59,778 bases of DNA from Escherichia phage vB_EcoS_SA80RD. Of this stretch, positions 37,901-46,900 are shown piece by piece (the stretch's first letter is position 1; each line of letters opens with the position of its first letter). The stretch lies in the sequence record OL960575.1. The stretch is one strand, 5' to 3'. Below the pieces are notes generated by a model. The model was not told where the DNA came from. It made no database searches and saw only the letters and a list, made by a program, of their open reading frames with translations. The translations under genes and the position numbers were made by a program.

Positions 37901-38809
37901 TCAATCTTTCCCGTAATAATTAGCTACTTGATAGTTTTGACAACCAACTTTCTGCCCTTGCGTATCCACTGCGGCGGAATGGAAATTGCAATACCATGTT
38001 CCATCTTCTTTTGGCTCAAGGAATTGACATGTGCGGCAGTTTACTTCCGGCATAGTTTTACGCCAGCATAGTGAGGAGTGATCGCACCATTTACATTCGA
38101 AGAAAGTGGAATCTTTAAATGCGCGGTCCGGAATATCTGTAGCAATAGCAATCTGCACACCACGATCAATATACATGTCCGCGGTAACAGGATCAAACGG
38201 AATAATTTCTGCGTAAACTTCATCGTCATTCTTGTTTACAGCAAGATATAACGCTGCGCCAAGACCTAGTTTTCGCATGTACACGTTCATCTGTACATAG
38301 TGCTCAGGTTTGGCTTCTTTAACACCTTTAGCTTTCAGCTTTTTAAAAGACTTATCGTTATGTGTCTTCATTTCGGTGAGCACAGGCATCCCAGGCTGCA
38401 CGTCCGGACAACCTATAACCACACCATCGCAGGAACCGCCAAAGTGTCCGCCAGCTTCGCTGATACGGAACTGGTGTCCATTTTCGTCCTGCTGGTAGAC
38501 CTGCATACCTGCCGCAAGCAGCATAGCAATGAAACGGGCTTCTTCCAGATGTCCGCGGTTAAACAGTCGAAGCTGGCGTCCGTCAAACTCTTTGCGTGTA
38601 GCCCAGCGATATCCATAGAAAAGCTTGCGTGCGCATTGCTGCCCAATAAGGGAAGCGCCTAAGTGACTGCGGTTACCGCTTTCAGGGCGATAAGCGTCTT
38701 CAATTGTGGGAATGACTACGCCAAGATACTTACGGTAAGTCCCGCCCTGATCTTTTTGCACACCGTCATTGATCGCTTGAAGTGTTTTTTCTGCAATATA
38801 AATAGCCAT
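37901..38809 (-). CDS. PD-(D/E)xK exonuclease (RecB/Cas4-like) with C-terminal Cys cluster
   Basis: D...LTEMK nuclease motif; several Cys near the C-terminus. Confidence 0.55.
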   Translation of the reverse strand: MAIYIAEKTLQAINDGVQKDQGGTYRKYLGVVIPTIEDAYRPESGNRSHLGASLIGQQCARKLFYGYRWATRKEFDGRQLRLFNRGHLEEARFIAMLLAAGMQVYQQDENGHQFRISEAGGHFGGSCDGVVIGCPDVQPGMPVLTEMKTHNDKSFKKLKAKGVKEAKPEHYVQMNVYMRKLGLGAALYLAVNKNDDEVYAEIIPFDPVTADMYIDRGVQIAIATDIPDRAFKDSTFFECKWCDHSSLCWRKTMPEVNCRTCQFLEPKEDGTWYCNFHSAAVDTQGQKVGCQNYQVANYYGKD

Positions 38810-38874
38810 TGGAATACCTTAGAAAAATAAGCCGTCTTTCGACGGCTTATGGACACTACAGAGGGAGGGTTATC

Positions 38875-39759
38875 TTACTGCTGCCATGGCGGGACTGCTG
38901 CTTGTGCTGGATGCGGTTCAGCTTGCTGCTGCGGCTGAGCTTGCTGCTGAGGCGCTGCTGCCTGACCCGGCTGTGCTACCTGTTGCGCCCACGGCTGCTG
39001 AGCTGCTTCCGGTGCTACTGGCTGTTGTACCGGAGCTTGCTGCACTGGCTGCTGTGGTGCTGCGTTTTGAGCAGGATTATCCCACGGCTGCGGTGCGGCA
39101 TTCTGCCACGGTTGTGCTGCTGCGCCCTGCTGTGGTGCTGGTTGCTGCACAGGCTGCTGAACTGGTTGCTGTTGCTGCACCGGAGCTTGCTGCTGTACAG
39201 GCGCTTGCTGTTGCTGTGCAAACGGGTTAGCTGCTGGTTGCTGAGGTGCTGCGCCCGGGAAAGCTGGCTGCTGTGCTGGCGCACCTGCACCGAACGGGTT
39301 AGCTACTGCCGCTTGAGCACCCATTGCTGGAGCACCTGCTTCTTTTTCTGCATACTTAACCGGATCGTTGATGTTAGCATAACCGTTAGGCTCGTTGCTG
39401 TCTTCATAACCTTCCTGAGAACGAACTTTCAGACGCAGGTTCAGCGGAATGTTATGCAGTTGAGCAGGAGTATCCCAGCGAATTACGCCAACCGCATGGG
39501 AAAGCGCGCCCAGTTGTTCGTATGCGATACGCACAGTATCTTCGTTGTCGTTGATAACGTTGTAACGAGCAAAGATTTTACGACCTTTAGCAAAACCATC
39601 AATGATGCTAAACGTTACCTGGATCGCCATACCGCCATTTTTGGTCGGTTTAAATTCAGATGCTTCAATTACTGCTTTATACCAACCTTTCGGCAATGCG
39701 CCGTAAGAAGGTGCTTGATAGCTGCTCGCGTCAAAGTGGAAATTAGTTGGCATAGTCAT
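38875..39759 (-). CDS. DUF669-like putative ssDNA-binding protein with Q/P/A-rich C-terminal tail
   Basis: N-terminal region resembles phage DUF669 proteins found beside Sak4; C-terminal half is PQQ/AQQ low complexity ending PPWQQ. Confidence 0.45.
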   Translation of the reverse strand: MTMPTNFHFDASSYQAPSYGALPKGWYKAVIEASEFKPTKNGGMAIQVTFSIIDGFAKGRKIFARYNVINDNEDTVRIAYEQLGALSHAVGVIRWDTPAQLHNIPLNLRLKVRSQEGYEDSNEPNGYANINDPVKYAEKEAGAPAMGAQAAVANPFGAGAPAQQPAFPGAAPQQPAANPFAQQQQAPVQQQAPVQQQQPVQQPVQQPAPQQGAAAQPWQNAAPQPWDNPAQNAAPQQPVQQAPVQQPVAPEAAQQPWAQQVAQPGQAAAPQQQAQPQQQAEPHPAQAAVPPWQQ

Positions 39760-40487
39760 TAGTTAATACCTTTCATTTTGTTGATAACAGAACCTAAGTG
39801 TGGGACTTCAACCGCATCTAAACGTCCTGAACGATCCTTAGCGATTGTATTAAAGTCCGGTTGAGTTTGCAAGTAACGATACGAGTTACCTTGCTGATCC
39901 TTATTTACATTCAGACGAAATACTTCGTCGAAGAAGTAAGGGAGCATTTGCCCCAATTTGGATCCAGGCATAGATGGAGCATACGCGGTAACACCGGAGA
40001 CTTCATCTTTGTCTTTGCCCATTTTAGCAGACATATAAACATGTTTGCCAGGAATATCACGAAACTTACGGATTAGATCTTGCATCTTTTCAAGCAAAGT
40101 ACCATAAGCTTGACGAGGATCTTTCGTTCCCTTTTTCGCGTTGTTTAAACATTGTTCAGCAATTTCGCTCAAGCTGTCAAGTGCAATAGAATCGAAATAC
40201 TGCTGGTTAGCTGGAGTTACACACCACTGATAAGCCGCTTCAACGTCTTCCAGACATTTCACTTCAATTACCGGAATATCGTAGACGATGGGCAAACCCA
40301 TGTTACCATAAACACGGTTAAGGTTTTCCGCTGCAATAGACAACAGACCGGATTCTGCGCTGATTAAAATTGGTTTAGGTAGTGTGGCTACAAGGCTGGT
40401 TTTACCCATACCTGCTTCACCGTAAACCAGAATTTTAACACCTGTGTCCTGCACAACTTGTGAAGACATTTTAATTTCAATGGCCAT
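39759..40487 (-). CDS. Sak4-like RecA-family ATPase
   Basis: Walker A GEAGMGKTS; about 240 aa; adjacent to DUF669 protein and nuclease. Confidence 0.55.
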   Translation of the reverse strand: MAIEIKMSSQVVQDTGVKILVYGEAGMGKTSLVATLPKPILISAESGLLSIAAENLNRVYGNMGLPIVYDIPVIEVKCLEDVEAAYQWCVTPANQQYFDSIALDSLSEIAEQCLNNAKKGTKDPRQAYGTLLEKMQDLIRKFRDIPGKHVYMSAKMGKDKDEVSGVTAYAPSMPGSKLGQMLPYFFDEVFRLNVNKDQQGNSYRYLQTQPDFNTIAKDRSGRLDAVEVPHLGSVINKMKGIN

Positions 40488-40552
40488 TTAACGCCTCTCT
40501 TTTAAGTTCGCGCTCATTGTAACGTAATATACTTTGAACCCTCAATTACTTT

Positions 40553-41479
40553 TTAATCTAAAGCCTGATCACTTTCATCGCGGAAATGCATAAAGTTTGC
40601 AAAACGCGGTTTATCTTTCACGCCATGAGGGAAGTGTTTATATGAAATAGTCCGACCTTTAATTTTGTCAGGGTTATTCCAATAATAAATCTTATCCTCT
40701 TGCGTTAGTTTACCAGGACTAACGTTGATTGTATTGCCCGTCTTAACGTCTTTACAAACCAACGTCCCGATCATACCGTTAGGAACTTTATTTTCCTGAT
40801 GCGAAGATCGTGTAGTCCGGCCCAGCTCGTTAACAGTAGCTTCATTAAGGTTAGTTTCGCCCTCAATAATATCAAGGACAATAGCGTCTTCCTGAATAAA
40901 GCGTTTAATACGAAGATATCCACCTTCACGAACTGTGCCGCGCCCATGTTTATAAGGCTTGTCAGGATCACGGATAATAATACCTTCATAACCCATATCA
41001 AGCCAGATATTTTCCCAGTAGAGCAGCTCTTGTAAAGACTTGACCACATACATTGGCACAACTTGCAGGTCGAGCAATTCACCTTTCGCGTGCTGTGTGG
41101 TTATAAAATCTTTCATCATGTTGTAGCGGGCTTCATAGCCCAGCTCTGCAACACTCTCAGCGCACAGATCAAAGATGTGCCATTTCAGGAACGGTTCACC
41201 TTCAATTGTGTTTACCGCGCTGGTTGTTTTACGACACAGGTCTGGATCTGTTTCCACCCCTGCCGCAAGCTCACCGTCATAGCCCATGTATTGAGAACCG
41301 CTGAAAATTGCGCTGGTATGGCGGTTTTTAAACAGCTTTAAGCTTCGCCCTACTATCTGCCCGTTCGGATTTAAACCGCGTACACCGTCGATTTTAGGCA
41401 GTATACAGCACGGAAACTTAATCTTTTCTTCAACCGCGTCAGTCGCTAAATGTGGTTTAAATGCCATTGTTAACCTCAT
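40553..41479 (-). CDS. ATP-dependent DNA ligase
   Basis: Adenylation motif KIDG (LPKIDGVRG); start may instead be ATG 41467, which has a GAGG RBS. Confidence 0.75.
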   Translation of the reverse strand: MRLTMAFKPHLATDAVEEKIKFPCCILPKIDGVRGLNPNGQIVGRSLKLFKNRHTSAIFSGSQYMGYDGELAAGVETDPDLCRKTTSAVNTIEGEPFLKWHIFDLCAESVAELGYEARYNMMKDFITTQHAKGELLDLQVVPMYVVKSLQELLYWENIWLDMGYEGIIIRDPDKPYKHGRGTVREGGYLRIKRFIQEDAIVLDIIEGETNLNEATVNELGRTTRSSHQENKVPNGMIGTLVCKDVKTGNTINVSPGKLTQEDKIYYWNNPDKIKGRTISYKHFPHGVKDKPRFANFMHFRDESDQALD

Positions 41480-42099
41480 TCATAATAATCATGTTGATGA
41501 GAACTGCCACGTATACCGCAACGTTCTAAAAGTATTGCAGCTTTTTGAGCTTTCTCTTTCATACGGGTATTACGGCGTAAATGTCCGCTACCCTTTTTAG
41601 GTCTATTTTCCTTTTTCTTTGCTTCGGAAATAAGCTCTTTGCATTCCTGCAAACGGATCTTGCTTCTTTCCAATCGCATAGCAGAACGCGCACGTTCATC
41701 GCAAAATCTTTGGGCTTTACTACGCTGGTCCTGATTAGCTGTATGACCTTTAACGTGGCGGAACTCAATAGTTAGATTATATTTACGCAATTGATCGTTC
41801 AACCATTTGAAAGCTACACCTTCCTGTTCACTTTTCCAGCTTGCTTCTTTATACACTTTAATAGCTGTTGAACAATCTGTTTGCACAATTAAATGATCGC
41901 CCGGATGGATTAATTTAGCCTTCATTCCCTCCCAAATAACATTACAGATTGCCATTGTTTCAGCTGCATTATTATCAGGAGCTCCGCGTAACGGTCCACC
42001 GTTAGCGTTATTTCCACGGTTGCACACTACCCAGCCACCGTATCCCGCGGCTTTTGTATTTGGACAAAAACTTGCATCGGATATAATTGTTACTCGCAT
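41476..42099 (-). CDS. ribonuclease H
   Basis: RNase H1-like DASF...AGYGGWVV...AETMA...QTDC...VKGHT motifs; ATG 42099 with AGGAG RBS (the longer ORF-track start is unsupported). Confidence 0.65.
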   Translation of the reverse strand: MRVTIISDASFCPNTKAAGYGGWVVCNRGNNANGGPLRGAPDNNAAETMAICNVIWEGMKAKLIHPGDHLIVQTDCSTAIKVYKEASWKSEQEGVAFKWLNDQLRKYNLTIEFRHVKGHTANQDQRSKAQRFCDERARSAMRLERSKIRLQECKELISEAKKKENRPKKGSGHLRRNTRMKEKAQKAAILLERCGIRGSSHQHDYYE

Positions 42100-42112
42100 A
42101 ATAACTCCTGTT

Positions 42113-42136
42113 AAAAAGGGGTCTGTTGACCCCTTT
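42113..42136 (-). terminator. rho-independent terminator (minus strand) just upstream of the RNase H gene
   Basis: GGGGTC-aaca-GACCCC followed by UUUUU on the minus strand. Confidence 0.55.
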
Positions 42137-42142
42137 AGTTTA

Positions 42143-42934
42143 TTACAGTTTGTCTTTGAACTCTTCGATATATTGCTCGATCGGATACTGCTTACGCTTG
42201 AAACGATCAAACAAGATTTTAGCTGCGGTTACGTCTTCTTTATTCTCCTTATTTGCGCCAGGAGCCATAAAATCACGCCACGTGAAACCGTTCAAAGTAT
42301 GCATGTTTGCAATGTGTTTATTGTAACGACTTTCCCAGTCCACACGCGGACCTTCCATCTTGCGTAAACCGCGCCCAAGCACCTGTACATACAGATCTTT
42401 TTGACGTTGTACATCTTCGCCATTATAAGGTCCGGTTTTAAACTCAACAACACTACCGTTAAGATCTGCACCATCTGCAAAATTTTGCAACAGAGTGTCA
42501 ATAACGTCATTGAACGTCGGGACCATCACTTTTCCCTGAGCAATACCTGCCAAATAACCGACGTTTTCTTCACCGTACAACTCGATCAGTTCTTTCTTGG
42601 TCGCTTCTGCTTCTTTGTTTGCGGACAAAGCCAACATCAGTTGTTCGAACATGTACTCCTGTTCCAGGAAGTGCATATATCGTTCTTCATCCACTTTGCA
42701 GACAATCCATTTGTATTCAACATCCTTACTGAAGTCCAGATACTGATCTACTTCTACTACTTCCGTAGTAAAGAACTTGCCGTTATATTGAATAACAACT
42801 GTATCGCCCGGCTGCAATTCGTCACTTTTCAGAGCACGGTAGGTATAAAGACGACCACCCGCTTCAAACTTAACTTTGACAGTTACAACGCCTTTTAACA
42901 GAGCATGATAAGCTTTCTGAAATTCTTTACGCAT
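42143..42934 (-). CDS. hypothetical protein
   Basis: 263-aa ORF with AGAGGAAA RBS. Confidence 0.5.
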   Translation of the reverse strand: MRKEFQKAYHALLKGVVTVKVKFEAGGRLYTYRALKSDELQPGDTVVIQYNGKFFTTEVVEVDQYLDFSKDVEYKWIVCKVDEERYMHFLEQEYMFEQLMLALSANKEAEATKKELIELYGEENVGYLAGIAQGKVMVPTFNDVIDTLLQNFADGADLNGSVVEFKTGPYNGEDVQRQKDLYVQVLGRGLRKMEGPRVDWESRYNKHIANMHTLNGFTWRDFMAPGANKENKEDVTAAKILFDRFKRKQYPIEQYIEEFKDKL

Positions 42935-42975
42935 TTTAGTTTCCTCTTGGGCGGATTGACCGCCCGTTAATGTGG

Positions 42976-43386
42976 TTAGGCTTTATTCGGCACAATTTCC
43001 AGAGACGCGGAACCAACTTTCGATTCAACGCACTGGTTAAAGACTGCGGCTTGCTCCGCTGTAAGTTTACGCCAAGCCGCAACTTTCAACACAGGTTTAT
43101 TTTCCACAAGCTGATCAACGTTAACACCAACTTTAATCAGATCGCCCAGGATTCCGTTAAGGCTTGGAAGATCAATCTTGCGATCAATCTTGTGTGTCAT
43201 TTTCATAACCCCGCCAGTAATTTCAACTTTATTAGTCCCTTCTGATGGAGCAGGGAAATAGGACTTAATAATCTTTTCGCGTAGTGCTCGCTCGCGAGCT
43301 TGAAGCTTTTGTAATTCTGCTTTGGTTTTATACCACTCAATGACATCTGCTTCGGTTGCTTGTACTGCTTTATCTGCGTCGAACAT
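42976..43386 (-). CDS. hypothetical protein
   Basis: About 136 aa from ATG 43386 with AGAGGA RBS. Confidence 0.45.
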   Translation of the reverse strand: MFDADKAVQATEADVIEWYKTKAELQKLQARERALREKIIKSYFPAPSEGTNKVEITGGVMKMTHKIDRKIDLPSLNGILGDLIKVGVNVDQLVENKPVLKVAAWRKLTAEQAAVFNQCVESKVGSASLEIVPNKA

Positions 43387-43627
43387 TTTTCTATCCTCTG
43401 TTGTGTTTCGATGTATGTATAATAGCACATCCATGTGACAGGGCAAGACTCAATCTGTATCAATTAATCTTTTTAAACGGATTAGTAATCTAGCAACCTT
43501 CCTCCATTCGGCATCCTCCATTAATGGTGAAGGCTTATACGCTTCAGGTATCGGACAAGGTATATAGGGTTCCATGTCAGATATTACTTGCTTTGATAAC
43601 TTTTTCTTCCGTTTACCCATAAATAGC

Positions 43628-44209
43628 CTATTTCAAATAGCGGGAAGTTATAATTGGATGCAAAGACACTTCTTCCTCAGATGTAACCACATTGGCAGAC
43701 GTACCAGTGGACCCGAAGCCGTTAGCACCGCGCTCAGTGGTTTTAAGCTCGTCTACTTCTACCAGTTGCACGCTGGGCAGCTTAATAAGCATAGCTTGCG
43801 CAATGCGGTCACCATGATTAACTGTAAAACAACCATCGTGATCAATAGTAAGCTTAACTTTAACTTCGCCAGTGTAATCGCTATCAATAACACCCACGCA
43901 GTTTGCTAGACGCACGTCGTTTTTGAATCCGTGTCCGCTACGGGAATAGACCATAAGCGCGTAACCTTCAGGAATATCAAACGCCAATCCTGTGCGGAAT
44001 ATGTGCTCGTAAGAGAAAATAATTTGTTCACATCCATCTTCACTCTTAAGGTCCGCGTGCAGGTCAAAGCAAGCAGCCCCAGCACTAGCAAACACTGGTA
44101 AAATAGCGGTGTCCGTTAAGCGTTTTACCCCAATTAACTTAGCCGGTCTGAGAGAAAGGATCTTATTCTGTAAGTTTATATTTCGTACCTCATTAATAAT
44201 ATCAGTCAT
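43628..44209 (-). CDS. dut: dUTP diphosphatase
   Basis: dUTPase motifs AGAACFDL, RSG, GVIDSDYTGE, GDRIAQ, RGANGFGSTG. Confidence 0.8.
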   Translation of the reverse strand: MTDIINEVRNINLQNKILSLRPAKLIGVKRLTDTAILPVFASAGAACFDLHADLKSEDGCEQIIFSYEHIFRTGLAFDIPEGYALMVYSRSGHGFKNDVRLANCVGVIDSDYTGEVKVKLTIDHDGCFTVNHGDRIAQAMLIKLPSVQLVEVDELKTTERGANGFGSTGTSANVVTSEEEVSLHPIITSRYLK

Positions 44210-44221
44210 AATTTCACCTTA

Positions 44222-44686
44222 TTAAGAATATGTACCTGTTTGGACAATGTGGTTAATAGCATGTGCTCTGAAGATTTCTCTAAAATCTTCAAGCTCTATT
44301 GTAGCGCGAATCGGTTCCTTCTTGATATAATAATTGAACTCATTAATATCAAAGACGGAAGGATTCATACATATAACAACTTTCCAACCAGCTCTAGGAA
44401 TCTTATACATTAAGACCGGAATTTTATTACATTCACGTGCAGACTTAACAGTTTGCTTCCACCATGTATTAACAGCAAGAGTTGCATGGTTTTTAATCTC
44501 TACACAATATTGACAAGTGTTATCAATGTCCGCACCACCTACAGCCGATTGATTCTGTCGTCTTTGTGCGATAGGTTTAGGTGGTAAAGGTCTACCGATA
44601 AGCTCATGTACTTCAGCATAAATATCGTTGAAAAAATCACAAGCTTCCCTTTCAGCTCTAGCCCCTTTGCTACGAATATTAACCAT
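44222..44686 (-). CDS. PD-(D/E)xK nuclease, Holliday-junction resolvase-like (putative)
   Basis: KGARAERE N-terminus and D...VEIK motif; GGAGAA RBS. Confidence 0.45.
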   Translation of the reverse strand: MVNIRSKGARAEREACDFFNDIYAEVHELIGRPLPPKPIAQRRQNQSAVGGADIDNTCQYCVEIKNHATLAVNTWWKQTVKSARECNKIPVLMYKIPRAGWKVVICMNPSVFDINEFNYYIKKEPIRATIELEDFREIFRAHAINHIVQTGTYS

Positions 44687-44697
44687 TTAATTCTCCA

Positions 44698-45180
44698 TCA
44701 CAATCCGTGGTTACTATGAAAACCAAATTTAGTTTCAGCTTCTTTACGAGCACTAACCGCTTCTTCAAACGTATCGAAATAGCCAAGAAAGCGATATTTT
44801 AATTTTGAACGTATCTGCGCCCTCCATTTGCCTACTTTTTGTTCATAACTCACGCCAGTAACACCGGAAGTATTATTTTTCATCATACTTAAATTATGGC
44901 AGTTAATAGACCGATTAGCAAGACGCAGATTCTCTATCCTGTTATCAATCCTGTCATGATTTATATGGTCGATCTCATAACCTTCCGGTATAGGACCGTA
45001 GTGCATCTCATAAATTATACGATGTTCGAGATATTTCTTTCCTTTGTATTTAATTTTCCAATAACCAGAAGTTGAACATATACTGCCAGCCACCTTACCT
45101 GGTCTAGCTCTAGTACCGGATGAAATCTTCCATAATAATCTACCATCATAATATTCAAAGACATCAACCCAATTGATCAT
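44698..45180 (-). CDS. HNH-AP2 homing endonuclease
   Basis: EIDHINHDRIDNRIENLRL HNH motif and AP2-like C-terminus; ATG 45180 with AAGGAGG RBS. Confidence 0.7.
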   Translation of the reverse strand: MINWVDVFEYYDGRLLWKISSGTRARPGKVAGSICSTSGYWKIKYKGKKYLEHRIIYEMHYGPIPEGYEIDHINHDRIDNRIENLRLANRSINCHNLSMMKNNTSGVTGVSYEQKVGKWRAQIRSKLKYRFLGYFDTFEEAVSARKEAETKFGFHSNHGL

Positions 45181-45227
45181 ATTTACCTCCTTTATATGTA
45201 TTTTAATATGAAGTAAAATCAATCTCA

Positions 45228-45260
45228 ATAAAAAAAGCGCAACGTTTTCACGCTGCGCTT
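45228..45260 (-). terminator. rho-independent terminator (minus strand)
   Basis: AGCGCAGCG-loop-CGTTGCGCT (one G-U pair) followed by U7 on the minus strand. Confidence 0.6.
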
Positions 45261-45361
45261 AGTTTAGATAAGGTACTTGACTATTCAGCTTCCCCTATCA
45301 CCGGTAAATTATACAGCCTCGCCAAAGGCTGGTGACGGTTTGGTACATCTGGCGCCGTCGC

Positions 45362-45501
45362 GTTAAACATCGTTCACATCGTTCAGTAAGTTGCGGGTTT
45401 ACCCTGTCCGCTCCAGGAAGCCCAGCGAAAGTAGTTGCTGTAAGGAGGTACAGCTACCGCTTTCAAGGGCTTGAGTTAAGCATCGTTCACTAAGTTAATG
45501 T
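45362..45501. repeat. non-coding region with repeated GTTAARCATCGTTCA motif
   Basis: CATCGTTCA at 45368, 45378 and 45481; no ORF across about 300 bp; internal palindromes. Confidence 0.4.
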
Positions 45502-45565
45502 TGTTAAATTGTTAAACCTCGTTAACTGTGGTTATCTTAAAGGATGCAGTCTTGAATGGCAAGCT

Positions 45566-45880
45566 TCAATTTTGCGCGGTTCCCTTTGCCGCTTTTGGTG
45601 CTAAAGTACCATCATTTAACATCAACTCAAAACCTGTTACTTGATCGGTTGGAACAATAGGGTAATTCATGATAGCCATGTGGATACGACACCCTCCATC
45701 ACATTCATCGATGTATTCATTACCCCAATAGTATAAATGCCCATCTCTTCGAATATCCATTGCTGTCGGGAAGTCTACAAGAATTCTTTTGATTTCTTTT
45801 CGTCCTTCTTTATGCAGATTAGTTTCAATACGGATAAGCTCCGCATAAATTGCTTCACAGATAGTATTTACAATTCCCAT
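45566..45880 (-). CDS. hypothetical protein
   Basis: About 104 aa from ATG 45880 with AAAAGGCGGA RBS. Confidence 0.4.
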   Translation of the reverse strand: MGIVNTICEAIYAELIRIETNLHKEGRKEIKRILVDFPTAMDIRRDGHLYYWGNEYIDECDGGCRIHMAIMNYPIVPTDQVTGFELMLNDGTLAPKAAKGTAQN

Positions 45881-46206
45881 GACCAGTCCGCCTTTTCTGT
45901 TTCGTTGATACATTGTACAAGTTGATCAATACTTACATCAACGTATATTTTGCTATCTTTAAGCTCTTCTACGAATTGTTCCTCGCAACGAATTGGATTA
46001 TGTAAACTTCCAATCTCATATACTTGAACATGAGGGATAAGCGGCAAAAGATAAGTCCTTACCAGTTTAATTAAAACGTCATGTTCATCTCGTTCTTGTA
46101 AATCAATATCATTGTCTTCACAAAAATATTCGAGAATATCACCATCACCGAAGCCAAATTTACTTGCTAAACCATAAGCAAATAATCTTAGAACGTTATC
46201 TTTCAT
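45868..46206 (-). CDS. acidic hypothetical protein
   Basis: 112 aa with AAGGAG RBS. Confidence 0.45.
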   Translation of the reverse strand: MKDNVLRLFAYGLASKFGFGDGDILEYFCEDNDIDLQERDEHDVLIKLVRTYLLPLIPHVQVYEIGSLHNPIRCEEQFVEELKDSKIYVDVSIDQLVQCINETEKADWSWEL

Positions 46207-46403
46207 TAGTTACTCCTTAAGTTTTGAATCATTCTGTCGCAGGCAGCTTTTACAGAAGAGTTTTGCCAGTCTTCCTCGATTTGTAAAGGTTCTTCAGGTG
46301 AATAAGCAGCACTAATTAAGCACTGATTATAACCTTCAATATAAGCCTGCTTTGCGGTATCTATTATTGCTTGTAAAGCAATATTGAATAATTGTTGAGA
46401 CAT
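46206..46403 (-). CDS. hypothetical protein
   Basis: About 65 aa from ATG 46403 with GTGAGGTG RBS. Confidence 0.35.
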   Translation of the reverse strand: MSQQLFNIALQAIIDTAKQAYIEGYNQCLISAAYSPEEPLQIEEDWQNSSVKAACDRMIQNLRSN

Positions 46404-46411
46404 CTTACACC

Positions 46412-46486
46412 TCACAAAATATATGTAAACCAGAAATAACCAGCTACGAAAATAGCACCCGCAAATAATTTTAAAAGCTCGAACAT
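46412..46486 (-). CDS. candidate 24-aa hydrophobic micro-protein
   Basis: ATG preceded by CGGAGGGGAC; encodes MFELLKLFAGAIFVAGYFWFTYIL; below the ORF-track cutoff. Confidence 0.25.
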   Translation of the reverse strand: MFELLKLFAGAIFVAGYFWFTYIL

Positions 46487-46644
46487 TGTCCCCTCCGTTA
46501 ACTTTATGCTGTAAGTATAGCAGGACTTGTAATGTATGCAACAACTTTAGACTTGAAATACATCTATGAAATAGCACGATTTGCCTTTACCTCTGATCCG
46601 TCTAGCTGTACTATTAACCCATAAACAGAGCGGAGGATTACAAA

Positions 46645-46869
46645 ATGGTCATGCTGAATAAAGTATATAGCACAATGGGCGCGGATTATAAAGTTGTACG
46701 TCACCCGCGTACTGGTAAATTTGAAGCATACATCCGTCCAATGGGTGAAGGTTGGATGTATTACGGTACTTATGATGATGCTGAGCAAGCTTATAAAGAA
46801 GCGGAAAGTGCGGCGGAAGCATCCGAAATCATGGCAAGGTACGACGTCGATGATTACTATTTCAACTAA
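46645..46869 (+). CDS. hypothetical protein encoded opposite to the surrounding minus-strand genes
   Basis: 74 aa with GGAGGA RBS; ends at a bidirectional terminator. Confidence 0.45.
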   Translation: MVMLNKVYSTMGADYKVVRHPRTGKFEAYIRPMGEGWMYYGTYDDAEQAYKEAESAAEASEIMARYDVDDYYFN

Positions 46870-46873
46870 CAAT

Positions 46874-46900
46874 AAAGGGCCGAAAGGCCCTTTATTTATT
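46874..46900. terminator. bidirectional terminator
   Basis: AAAGGGCC-gaaa-GGCCCTTT followed by TATTTATTTG. Confidence 0.6.

Noticed and set aside
38809-39762. 317-aa Cys/Leu/Arg-rich plus-strand ORF, plus nested ORFs at 38886-39230 and 39015-39290
   Set aside because: Antisense to the low-complexity Q/P-rich tail of the DUF669-like gene; repetitive codons keep the opposite strand open by chance.
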